From Catajapyx aquilonaris (Eukaryota), in the NCBI GenBank assembly GCA_000934665.2, contig KZ538421.1:52337-72336 (forward strand): a stretch of 20,000 nt of DNA, given 5' to 3'. Made by a program: the position numbers and the translations under genes. Shown piece by piece: positions 9,465 to 20,000 of the stretch (position 1 is its first letter; every line of letters begins with the position of its first letter). A model generated the notes under the pieces. The model ran no database searches. It was not told the origin of the DNA and saw only the letters and a list, made by a program, of their open reading frames with translations.

Positions 9465-11206
9465 CTGAAAAGAGGTGTAAATCTGTTAGTATTAATTGTC
9501 ATTTGCAATGGTTATAATAGCTTAGCAGAAAGGATTTAATTCGCTTTTTATGCGCCACTATTTAGATCCAAATGTGTAAGAAATAGAGTAGGGGGCAATG
9601 ATACTGTGCCTGAAACATTAGTGGCGCTATGCTAATGTGTGTGTCGCTTTTGCCAGACAACGGCCAGAAGGGATGCATGAGGGGTACACAACAATGCCTA
9701 CTTGTCGGATATCAAGTTTCTGACTTTACAGTATGATAACATGAGAGAACTGTAAGACAAGTCTAGAGGTTAGCAAACTATGCACTGTACAGGTGAATTA
9801 GGATGATGTCATACCAAACATTTTAAACAGATTACACCTCCATATCCTTAGCAAAATAACAGGGTGGCCAGAAAGTGGACAGCAATGTCTGCTCTGGAGA
9901 ATCGATGAAAATAATGCTCAAGATATTACGTACAGTAGATAAGATTTCATTTTAGCTGCATGTAGCCTTAAAGCTCTGAAATTGAGGCTGTACAGGTTAT
10001 GGAAGGTGGCTATAAAAACTAACGTAGGCTTCGCTTTGGTAATGCAATTTCACCGCGGTATTAATCTGCTTAGTCAGAGGAGTCCTCTTCTCATAAAAAT
10101 GTACTGTACATATCAGCTGTGACGGCCGTCCTTCATGTAGCATTATGCACAGCGATTATTCCATAATTTGGCAATGATATCTGTTTTAACTTTCATACAA
10201 AAGAAATAAAATTTGCATCACTGGAGTTGGGCCCCTCTTCTTCTTGCCTATTCTATTGTGAGTACTAGGGTAACCCATAATTACGACCACAAACAATAGG
10301 CATTACATTGGTTTATCCATGGCACAGGGGGAAATATATTGGTACAGCCGGCAATCAACCAATTCATACCCTTGTGCATACTGTATTTAACAAGAACAAC
10401 AACAAATTTAAATATAATATTATTATAACAGTCACATACAATTGATGCAATTAATTATAACAACATTATTAATCAATAATAAAATTACTAATCATTTTAT
10501 GTTAACTCTCATTCACTTCAATTAATTTATTATTCAATTATTATTTATTCATTTTACCCCGTGATACAACTGTAAGTCGTTATGGGGGGGGGGTGGCATA
10601 CCACCATCAGTTTTCTAGTATTTGTTCTACTTTTTTTTAGAGCTTCAACATTTATCCGGATACCCGGACTGTCCTGTTTCGAATCCCTCTTCCAAGATCC
10701 GCACTATCCGGTTAGTGTCGGACGGTCCGGGTTTCGGATCGAAGGTTTGTTGTGAGAAAGGAACATATTTTATTTGCATAATTAAAAACGCATTTATTGG
10801 CGGCAGGTAAAAACTTCCAGTCAAATGGTCCATCCCAAAGTATTTCATTAGGCCTATTGTCCATGTCAAAACATGAGGTTTATTCGATTTCAGTGAAGAA
10901 AAGCTCCCTTTCCTTCTTATTAGGGCTTATTTCTTTTCAAATAATACTTTTAAGGCAGGTTTTACAGTATTTAAGTGTTTATTCACATTTTGCTTGTTTA
11001 AATCGGATAGTGCAAGGCTACTAAATTGAAGAAGCGCGGTCCGGATCCTGACCCCGAAGCAATCCGAGACGTTACCATCCCGGCCACTACGTCTTCCCGT
11101 TAATTATTATTAATAACATTTTATTAATCAATAACATTACTCTTAATCAATAAAAACAAAAACTATCCCTTAAAATTTTTTGTTTCAGTTCAAAGCAGCT
11201 TATATA

Positions 11207-11366
11207 CAGGGTGACCCTAAATGCTGGGCACATAGTTAAGTTAATTGAATTGTAATGTTGGTTTTCAGTTGTGCCAACTAGCAACAATACATTGTATTGT
11301 TATTGGCATATAGGTAATTGAATTTTCAACCCACTCACTATGTCTCCAGGCTTTACGATCACCCTG
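11207..11366. mobile_element. Tc1/mariner-type MITE, 160 bp
   Basis: TA|CAGGGTGA...TCACCCTG|TA with ~30-bp imperfect TIRs. Confidence 0.75.
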
Positions 11367-11550
11367 TACAAAGAAGAGCATACACCCCACCCCCATATAA
11401 CATCACACATGCCGATATAAAGATGCCATCAGATGTTAGACAGAAAGGAACAAGCTATGTTGTTGGTTAGTTTACACTCACGTTGGGAACCCTTTCCATA
11501 CCTGTAAGAAAAACGATAGTAAGCTAAGGTGTCCCTAGAAAAAGACTTAC

Positions 11551-11707
11551 CACGAGCACGTACGCCACTGGGCGGCAATGGTCGATCTTTTTGCATCCAG
11601 TATGGAACCTTCCTGGGCTCATCGCACATAGATGGCATATTATCTATTCCGAATGGACGCCAATTCTCCCTGCAGTGGCCATAAGTTGTAGTATGAAGGG
11701 GGATCAT
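11551..11707 (-). CDS. Probable first coding exon of the tektin-family gene (MIPLHTTTYG...PSGVRAR)
   Basis: Donor gtaagt at 11550 in phase 1 joins in frame to the 9464 acceptor (G|AT = Asp). ATG at 11707, possible acceptor at 11746-11748. The 5' boundary is uncertain. Confidence 0.55.
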
Positions 11708-12092
11708 GATTGTTGGCTGAATGGATCTTCCTTCACCCGAGAGGCCTAAGATGGAATGAGCAAGCGTATTACACGTTCGACTTCTGAGCCGGCCGAATGA
11801 ACAAACAATCTGAGAAACCATGGAAACCAACTGGTGCTTGTTGATTTCAGCGGTAGGGCAGGATACGGTGGGACCTATACAGTATTTTATTTTGATTTTC
11901 AATATTTTATACCATGCTGTACAGCCTTAGGGCTTGTTGCACCAGCGCAAGATGCAGGTACCAGCTATTAATAATTATTAAGAATAGATCCTTACCTCAG
12001 TAAATCTGATTCTGCAACAGGCCCTAACTTCAGATGAAAATTTTTAAAAATATATGGCGTACGCGTCATGGGAACATGATTGGTATTACTTA

Positions 12093-12359
12093 TTTACTTA
12101 TTTACTTATTTATTTATTTATCATACCCCGTGCTAGAGCCTTTGGCTCTCTTAGGGGGGTGGATTACCACCATTGGATGGGACCAGGGATAGGGAAGGAA
12201 GGAAGCGGCTATTTTTATGGAAACTACCCCGGAATTGTCCTGGGGGGACCATGGGAAACCACAGAAAACCATGGTCAGGGTCGCCGGCCCCGGGATTCGA
12301 ACCCAGGACCTCCCGATTAGCAGGCCGGCTCCTTATCCCCTACACCAACCTGCTTCGGT
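12093..12359 (-). mobile_element. tRNA-derived SINE, family A copy 1, full length
   Basis: 15-bp TSD GATTGGTATTACTTA (12078-12092, 12360-12374), A-box-like TGGTGTAGGGG, B box GGTTCGAATCC (12293-12303), (TAAA/TAAG)n tail. Confidence 0.92.
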
Positions 12360-12439
12360 GATTGGTATTACTTAGAAACGATTTTAGTCCTTTCAGGAGC
12401 ACATAAAATACTCCGCAAAAAAATCAAACATGCCTCTGA

Positions 12440-12722
12440 AGGAATAGGAATGGAATAAGCCCAAAAAGTCTCGAAATTGCTTCAAAAAGTTTAAAACTAT
12501 TCCAAAAAAGGCCAAATAGGCATGAAAAGTCGCAAAAAGGCAGAATAGGCATAATACGCTAGTTCCCAAAACCACGAAATAGGCAATTTTAGGCACTATA
12601 AAACCTACATTTTCCACATCCTGCATTTATGAAACGGATAGATCTCGTCACAAAACTATCGCATTAAACTGTTAACTGTGTTAAGGAACTAAATGGGCAT
12701 TTCCCTAAAAATCCGGACTCTA
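12440..12722. mobile_element. Fragment of a non-autonomous DNA transposon with repeated AATAGGCA motifs
   Basis: Several AATAGGCA-like units and a terminus-like end AAAAATCCGGACTCTA. The matching left end was not found. Confidence 0.35.
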
Positions 12723-12762
12723 ACGATCATACGGTACTTGACTAGACATGTCAGTTATATAT

Positions 12763-12819
12763 GCATTATGATGTGAGGGAATGCCTGTGTAACACAGGCA
12801 TTCCCTCACATCATAATGC
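12763..12819. repeat. Perfect 57-bp palindrome (28-bp arms, 1-nt centre)
   Basis: GCATTATGATGTGAGGGAATGCCTGTGT A ACACAGGCATTCCCTCACATCATAATGC. Confidence 0.97.
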
Positions 12820-13122
12820 CATCACATGCCCCTACCCAAAGGCAATTTCAGAAGATAAGTCTCACGAGAAGACAAGGAGTTGTTTTGCCATGCATATAAA
12901 CTTTCCGAGGTGGCTTGTAACATAATTATTACTTCATGATATGCACGACGTGACAACTCCACTTCTTCCCGATAAGCTATTGACCTAAAAAAATGTCACG
13001 TTTGTACGGGGGTACGGGATGGAATAAAGATAAGACGGAGGCTTGCCATACAAGATATTGGCTCGAGCGTGGGTAGGCTAATACTGTATATAAGAAACAT
13101 TGTAATAATTACGTATATAATA

Positions 13123-13992
13123 TCTTAATCTATATATTTTAGTTCGTTTGTGAGTTTGTTTGTCCCTTATAGAAATCCAGGGGAAGGCCCTTACACCGCC
13201 TTAAATTAGCATATCGGGGGTTACATTTTCCAAGGAATCTAACGCCGCATGTTTCAGATTCCGAAAATGAACCTAACTCCCACAACACGCATATTCCCGA
13301 ATATTCTCTCTTCTGGGCCTCAACAATTAACTTACATAAAAATCAAATAACAATATATCAATTCACATTCCCATGGTAATGCCTTTATGGAAAAAAAAAC
13401 ATTGCCGTAAATTCAACGCATCCACCAATTACGCTAATTGGCCACCTCACGTGAGTTCGTATCGTATGGTCATTCCGGGATTTTGTGGGATTTGAAACTA
13501 GACTTAATATATATTATATAATAATACAATAATAAATACAATAAAATAAGAGAGTATTTACAAATATTACTTCGTGGAAAACAAATTTCCCACCATGCAT
13601 CTGTACGTACATTTCTAAAGTTCTTCAGAGCAAACATATGTAACGAGGTGGGGGTGTGAAGTGGGGTTGGGGGGTCAAGGGGTAAAAAATGCAGGGGGAA
13701 AAACACGTGGCTGTGCAGTCTTTTCTTGGGCCAACTCCATCCGCTTACCTCTTTTTACACATCCAATCAGAATATCTGTGTCGACTATACGCTTTAAGAC
13801 AAGCAGGTAATCTATCACAGATAGTGACAAACTTTGGCTTATTGCAACTTATAGGGCCTATTTTAAGACATATCGAGTTTCGAGTGTATGGAAGGGAAAT
13901 TTTTACAAACACACTTCTTAAAATACTGTGTATGTACCCCTACCTTTACCAGCACCCCCAGCATACCTGGGCAACGCCGGGTAAGCTGCTAG
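13123..13992 (+). mobile_element. Non-autonomous Helitron
   Basis: 5' A|TC (13123 or 13129) followed by TATATA and GTTT-type repeats. 3' hairpin TACCTGGGCAACGCCGGGTA (13964-13983) then CTAG|T. No TSD. Confidence 0.75.
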
Positions 13993-14003
13993 TTAATATT
14001 ATA

Positions 14004-14088
14004 CAGGGTGACCAATAAGTCTTGGCACATACGTACGTAATTGTGTCAACCGACAATATATTACCTATATACCTTTTGGGTCACACTG
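14004..14088. mobile_element. Internally deleted Tc1/mariner-type MITE related to 11207-11366
   Basis: TA|CAGGGTGACC...GGTCACACTG|TA. Shares GGCACATA and TTGTG.CAAC..ACAATA.ATT with the 11207 copy. Confidence 0.6.
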
Positions 14089-14732
14089 TACTTGACCACA
14101 TAGCGAATAATGCTTTTCGACACTGTCTTGCTAAATAATCAGAAATATATGAGTATATCCCAGAAAGCAAACTACTGAATATTGAGTACACGTACGCAAG
14201 AGTCTTTGGCTTATTCACGAGTGTTTGTATAAGTTTAAATGGACTTGCAATGGATCAGAGTCGGAAAAGCTGGCCAGAGAATATAGTTTGGGCTGATATT
14301 TGTATTAGACATGACTCTTGGCTTATTGACACTTTTCTACCCCATATGTACAGTCTGTAAGAGGTTAAAAATCTTACCTTGGACAGAAATAGGAGTGATC
14401 TTCGATCAGCCCTTCGATCTTGCCTTGATGTGTTTGCAGAGCTATTGGAAGTGTTTATAATGTAGTATCCATGGACACGCAACAAAGGCTTTCCATTACA
14501 TGTAATACGAGACAAGTGTACTTATGAAGTAATTGTGTGTCCAGAATCGGGTACGCCGAGTATGGTGCTAATGTCACGCCTGATTAAAGATACTTATCAT
14601 AAACAAATGCAGTAAAATATTACAACTTGAAGTAAGAACAGTTCCGCTTAAATATTTTACAGGCGGTTTCAGTTGAAATGTCCGTTAGTATAATTTTCTG
14701 GCTTTAAGTTTCTAATGTTATTGAAAGTATTA

Positions 14733-15309
14733 GGGTCATTCCATGTCAGTTCGGCCCTGTTTGAACTCCTGATGTGGCGGATTTAAATGATATTCACAGG
14801 GTTATGGTGACATAGCGTTGCTAAAACATTGTACCAAAGCGTTTTGAATTTTTTTGTTTTTTACCAGTTTGGGGGGGGGGGGGGGGNGGTAATTTTGAGC
14901 CTTTTCTTTGGGAGCAATTTTTCCTTTGCCTGTTTCTCCGCAACTAATCTAATTAACTAATTAATATTTACTCAGGGAAGGCGAAGTGGCGCTGCGGTAA
15001 CGTATGCGCCCACGGGTGGAAGGGTCCCGGGTTCGATACCAAGCCCGGGCATTCCCCCCTTTCATCTCGTGCGGAGTTCGGGGTCATCTCCGGCTTCGTC
15101 TAGGGTAGGATTTCCGATAGACGAACCACCCGGGGGAGCTCACAAAATGACCATATCGCCGACATTGCACTGCACATCCCCTTCCAGTCACCCTGCCCTC
15201 GGAGGCTCGGACCAGGGCTCTTCGTTGTCCAAATTCATGTATACACCTTGGCAATAAAGGTCCGTGTCAAGACCTCAGCTGAGGCTGGCTGAGGTATGAC
15301 ACTACACCC

Positions 15310-15378
<69 letters not shown>

Positions 15379-15702
15379 CTCAGAAATGTTGATATAATCG
15401 TATGCTATGGTTAATTTTTAATTTTAAAATTAATCATACCATACGATTATATCAACCTTTCTGAGTAAATTGATATCCTGTGTCACGATTAGTTGCGGAG
15501 AAACAGGCAAAAGAAAATTTCTCCCAAAGAAAAGGCTCAAAATTCCCACCCCCCAAAAAACGGGCAAAAATTTTAACAAAAAATCAAAACGCTTTGGTAG
15601 CCTACAATGTTTTAGCAACGCTGTGTCAACATAACCTGTGAATATCATTCAATTCCGCCACATCAAGGGTCCAAACAAGGCCAAACTGACATGGAATGGC
15701 CC
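14733..15702. mobile_element. Long foldback DNA element (Sola2-like by termini), interrupted by a SINE
   Basis: 4-bp TSD ATTA (14729-14732, 15703-15706), termini GGGTCATTCCATGTCAG and CTGACATGGAATGGCCC. The arms stay complementary up to a centre near 15421. Confidence 0.85.
14976..15377 (+). mobile_element. tRNA-derived SINE, family B, with (AAT)n tail
   Basis: A box TGGCGCTGCGG (14987-14997), B box GGTTCGATACC (15030-15040), (AAT)n tail 15310-15377, TSD ACTCAG (14970-14975, 15378-15383). Confidence 0.9.
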
Positions 15703-16476
15703 ATTAGATACTTATTATTATTATAGGTAGAATATCATTTATTCATTAATTTTTTCTCCTTATTCACATGGAAATTTTGTTAAATATTTATTCAATACCG
15801 TTTTCCGAGGTAGGCTTGCTTTTTATTATTGCTATGTGTTTTATTTTTAAAAGGATATGCTGGGGTGCCGTATGAAGTTTTCTTGGGACATCATACGGAC
15901 ACAAACCTGAACTCGGGCTCAGGCGAATATTTTTCATAGAGTATGTATGCTCTGAGAAAATTGGTTCCATGTTTATGAACGACATCACTACTCTACACTG
16001 TTTGGTATTCATGCAGATTGGCCCATGTGCTCTCCAAGGTCTCATTTCCCTGGCAAATATATTCAGCAGTGGACAGCTAGGTAAATATAGCCGGAATGTA
16101 AATCAGACAGGATTAGGAACTTTGTTCCGTCTGGCCATTCAGTTCGGCACAGTACGACTAGTGAACGCTCGTGAGGACAATAGAATTAGGGGAATATGGT
16201 GCAGAAGTTCAAGCCGAGATCTGTTCGATAGGACCAGGAAGAAAAGCTTCAAAACGTTAGGCTAATCTAAAATCCATCTGTCTCAATATTGATGGCTGCT
16301 ATTACCTGTATGCAGGCCACTGATCTAAACCTACAGCATTAATTATTCCAGTAACACTTTCCCAAAATTGCTGCAAACGTGTAGATCAAAGTGAACCCTA
16401 TGTCTATTGAGGCCCATGTAATGGTTCGGTAATCTGTATATACACACTTGATAAGAAGATAATAATAGGCCTAATA

Positions 16477-16506
16477 ATGATGATGATGATGATGATGATG
16501 ATGATG
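16477..16506. repeat. (ATG)10 microsatellite
   Basis: Direct reading of the sequence. Confidence 0.95.
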
Positions 16507-16999
16507 TAGTCATTGTAGTGGGAGTATTTCTGAGACAGTTCTTACACAGAAAGGTAAGTGAAGCTTACAGATATAATTATACTGATAGGTATCTATACAG
16601 TGACGAGGTAGCACCGTCCTCCAAGGAATGGGAGGAGCTTGTTACAAAGTAATAAACAATTCAGATGTGGTCGACTTGGGTGTGTGGTCCACTTCAATTC
16701 CCTAATTACAGCACTGGTAAATTGGCTACAACTTCCAAGAGAGTGGTACAGGTGAATGGCTGTTTCTTGATGGGATTAAAGACCTACGTTCGATGCTGGT
16801 CCAGTGCCAGTATTTTTCGTATATAAAACCGCGTCGGCGTTCTGCGCACATACACCCAGTGGGTGGACATTTTTACTCGTAGTTCACTTTATTCCATTCG
16901 TTGAGAAACACTGACTATGCTTGCAAACTACTGTATATTTTACGAGAGTGTACCAAAAAGTCGCCATGAGATCCAAGAACTTCAAGAAAAAAAAACCCC

Positions 17000-17865
17000 C
17001 AATAAGTAGGTGTAAATAACAATTCCCGAGGCTTTCGCGGTCACTGATTTTGATTTCAAGGTTATTTTGAACCAAGACCTACAGGGTGTACCGAAAACAC
17101 TGTCGAATTTAATAACTTGTAGGATAAATGGTATAAATGATTGCAAATAATGTTCTTAATTAATTGAGAGGGTTACAAATAGAATTAAATCATTTATTTA
17201 TTTACTAATTATATTTAATTTTTATGAAATAAAATTTTAAAAATAGCTTGATTTTTTGGTGTTCGCTTGATAAATCCTATCCTGCAAAAGCACGCGCCGA
17301 CATCATAAAATTGCTTTTATGGTGACCTTCAGGATGTACTGTAACGAGAAAATCATAATCCAGCTGCTAATATGCGCTACCCGCAATTTTAGAAATGAAA
17401 CCACCTGAGAGGTGCATTCGAGGGAGGTTCAATTTAGGTCCTAAATTGAATTTCAAAGATCATTAATTAATAACTTCTACCCTTTTCAGAAGCACAGTGT
17501 GTTTGCTAAAGTTTTGAGTGCCTACAGAACAAAAAACCACATAATTTAAACAGCAATCGCGATTTTGTGTAGACACAAAATTTTCAACTACTTCCACTAT
17601 TTTATTCCATGAGCTCTCAAATTTGATGGTGTTTTTGGTACAGGGTGTATGTCCGGGTTCAATGTAGCTTAAAAATAAAAATCAGTGTTCCCCAACACAT
17701 TGGAAAATATTTTTTCACATATCCGTACTTATAATATAGATTCTACAAGTTCTTAAATTCAGTGGTCTTTTATGGTCCACCCTGTATGTCCAGGTTCAAA
17801 ATAACCTAAAAATTGAAATCAACGACCCCTAAAACATGGGGAGACAGGTGTTTTACGTACTTAGA
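17000..17865. mobile_element. Old DNA element with long degenerate inverted repeats and internal TACAGGGTG motifs
   Basis: TACAGGGTG at 17080 and CACCCTGTA ending at 17786 with ~40-bp inverted homology. Complementarity continues outward (GGTTATTTTGAACC versus GGTTCAAAATAACC). A third TACAGGGTG lies near 17639. Outer ends are approximate. Confidence 0.6.
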
Positions 17866-18621
17866 CGGTTTAGTTGAGGAGCTATCACTTTCGATTGTGT
17901 TTTTCCTGATATCAAACACTGTGCAACGGTTCCTTGCCGGTTCCTTGGCACTCCTCCATTTGGCTGGTGAACGCTTCTTATCGGCATGAATCAATGATAT
18001 ATAAAGCCCCCTGACGAGGATATAGGATATATGATATAGGATATAGGAGGATGGAAAATATTTCGCACTTACCAAGGTCGTAGATGGCTGGGAGAAGTTC
18101 CATTGAATTCCTTACCCCTGAATTAGTGATGCCAAAAATCCTCATAACCGCAAAATTCCCAGCCGTTTTCGAGACATAGCCAAAAATCGAATTTTGCACG
18201 TGCGACCTTGCACGTGCAAATCTGCTGGTTGTTAAGCCCGGAGAAGAATAGGCACACCCTTTCTCCGGAGCCCCCTCCACCCGCTCGTACATCTGTTTAC
18301 ACCCCCTGGCCCCCACCCCACTCTCCTTTTTCACGAAACGTCGGCTAGGGCGCATTCTGATACTCCTCACCTTTAGCGGTGACGTCACAAGTGAATGTTC
18401 TGTAAACGGATGCCACACGGCTCCGACCAATTTTTCAGTAAAAAGACTTGCTCTGTTCGCATCGGAGAGTGGGGGGAGTGTGGGGGCGGCCGGGTGCACC
18501 TGCACCGGACCTCGGAGAGTTACGGAGACCGACGCGACGTGGATCTGCAAGGGACCCGACCTATTCGCGCCGAAGGCGCGCACCTGTGAATAGCTCATTT
18601 TTTTACGATGTCTAGGACCAT

Positions 18622-18680
18622 TTTCCGATTATCCGGCAAAACCCGTTCAGTCATTACCCCGGATAATCGGGAGTACAGTG
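18622..18680. mobile_element. Terminal fragment of a pogo/Tigger-like MITE
   Basis: CCGATTATCCGG...CCGGATAATCGGGAGTACAGTG subterminal inverted motif. No partner end found. Confidence 0.35.
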
Positions 18681-18682
18681 TG

Positions 18683-18735
18683 TCATTCAAATCCGTCACA
18701 TCAAGGGTCCAAACATTGCTGACATAGAATGACCC
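18683..18735. mobile_element. Solo right-terminus fragment of the 14733-15702 foldback family
   Basis: TCATTCAAATCCGTCACATCAAGGGTCCAAACA..CTGACATAGAATGACCC matches 15646-15702. Confidence 0.75.
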
Positions 18736-19298
18736 AGTCCTTTCAGGTCCGTCCTAATCGGTCTGAGCCAGATCGACGGCCCAAGAGTACTTAGTGCATA
18801 CCCAGAACAGAGTGGCTAGTGTGTGCTATACTGTACCAGTCCTGATGTTTCTGGAAGTGAAAGTACACACGACTTGAAACCAATGGATCTTTGAAAAACC
18901 AGAAACTTGCCCTTGCCTTACACGATCTGAATATTTCCTTCACCGTAATCAGACGCGAGAAAGTTCATCTCAAAAATTAACTTCGCCAAAGTTTGAGTCA
19001 CAGCTCTTACATTTCGTATCCTCCCCCCNNNNCTCCCCAACTTTCTTTGCTCTTGATACACTTTTCCAATGCCATTTAAAACTTTGTCCTCAGCTCCCAT
19101 TTAAAAAGAAGCAAAGAACTACTTACATCTTCAAATCTTCTCTCCTACTCAGATCACTTAACGAAGGATTCTTGAAACGAGGGAAATGGATAACAGTGTT
19201 TGTGTGCCCCTAAGCAATTTTAAAATCACTGGTATCCTTCCCAGGGAGTCATCCTAGAATAATCATCCCAACATTCTTATGCTTTCGGGCATAAATGA

Positions 19299-19533
19299 GG
19301 GGCTCCCAACAAGAGTGGTTTAAGTCACAAAATGTTGTTTCCCAGAAAATGGGAATTAAAGTTAATGACATACTGTGATGTCATTTTTGATCAAATATGA
19401 ATCTTTGCGGTTCAAGTCGTCCAGGAATTTTTCTGCGGGAAGATAGTACCGCGACGATACCAATGGTATATACATAACTTTTTTCATTATTTTTGGTCAC
19501 TTGAAGTCTTGAACCACTCTTGTTGGGAACCCC
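19299..19533. mobile_element. MITE with GGGG termini (PIF/Harbinger-like)
   Basis: GGGGCTCCCAACAAGAGTGGTT is inverted as AACCACTCTTGTTGGGAACCCC. The flanks are TGA and TCA, so the TSD is not identical. Confidence 0.65.
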
Positions 19534-19586
19534 TCAAATTATCGCCATATCTCTCGTATCGGAAAGTAGGGTCATTTGAATAGTAA

Positions 19587-19886
19587 TAATTAATAATTGA
19601 TATAATAATTGATACCCCATTATCAGCCCTTTAGGCTTTATTAGGGGGGGATTTCTCCCATTTTTTTGTCTGGAACTCTTTCCATTTTTACTATACTTTT
19701 TCATCGGAATTGAGGCAAGGATAGGTAAGGAAGGAAGCGGCTGTGGCCTATAACCCGGAATTATTCTGCGATGACCATGGGAAACCACAGAAAACCATGA
19801 TCAGGGTCGCCGGCCTTCGGGATTCGAACCCAGGACCTCCCGATTAGCAGTCGGACACCATACCACTACACCACTACTGCTTCGGT
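19587..19886 (-). mobile_element. tRNA-derived SINE, family A copy 2, full length
   Basis: 15-bp TSD TCATTTGAATAGTAA (19572-19586, 19887-19901), A box TGGTGTAGTGG, B box GGTTCGAATCC. Head and body are homologous to 12093-12359. Confidence 0.92.
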
Positions 19887-19907
19887 TCATTTGAATAGTA
19901 AAGTATA

Positions 19908-20000
19908 CAGGGTGTAAATGAATTCAACCGACAAACTTCTAGGGGTGATAGAGGGGACCAAGACAAACATTTTTGACATAGGAAACCGTGTCCGGAAACG
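19908..20000. mobile_element. Left end of a Tc1/mariner-type element, cut by the window edge
   Basis: TA|CAGGGTG terminus followed by typical subterminal sequence. The other end is outside the window. Confidence 0.5.

Noticed and set aside
10638..11100. ATCCGG-rich stretch suggesting an old hAT-like MITE
   Set aside because: No convincing TIR pair or TSD, so the boundaries cannot be supported.
14376..14580. Minus-strand segment with acceptor- and donor-like ends
   Set aside because: Stops in all three frames. It could be UTR but cannot be supported from sequence alone.
14976..15055. tRNA-like sequences here and at the heads of 12093-12359 and 19587-19886
   Set aside because: They are SINE heads: each continues into a body and tail and is bounded by a TSD.
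15788..16265. ORFs of 85 and 98 aa on opposite strands
   Set aside because: Short, with no recognisable motif or supporting signals.
16819..16828. TATATAAAA TATA-like box
   Set aside because: Common in AT-rich DNA, and no associated transcript or ORF is evident.
17978..18598. 206-aa minus-strand ORF, the longest in the track
   Set aside because: It runs through GC-rich, repeat-like DNA and an AGGATAT tandem repeat. No recognisable domain or exon structure; low stop density is expected at this GC content.
1..20000. CRISPR array, operon or other prokaryote-type system
   Set aside because: No regularly spaced direct repeats or dense ORFs. The window is intron- and TE-rich eukaryotic DNA.

Overview
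Eukaryotic, AT-rich, repeat-dense DNA. The SINE, MITE and Helitron types suggest an arthropod, probably an insect (inference). The main gene is a minus-strand, multi-exon, divergent tektin-family gene. Five exons with GT-AG boundaries and matching phases lie at 9464-9220, 8689-8501, 8365-8172, 7974-7836 and 6565-6398, with a probable upstream coding exon at 11707-11551. They encode a long Pro/Cys-rich N-terminal head followed by the first tektin helices. No exon for the rest of the tektin domain could be found in 1-6397. Most of the remainder is a mosaic of non-autonomous elements, several with intact target-site duplications (TSDs): two Kolobok/T2-type MITEs, nested hAT-type MITEs around an assembly gap, Tc1/mariner-type MITEs, three tRNA-derived SINEs, a Helitron and a long foldback element interrupted by a SINE. 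Also present are a perfect 57-bp palindrome, microsatellites and an unexplained intronless 159-codon Cys-rich ORF (737-258). I see no evidence for a prokaryote-type novel system; the best leads are the unusual tektin architecture and splicing, and the orphan ORF.
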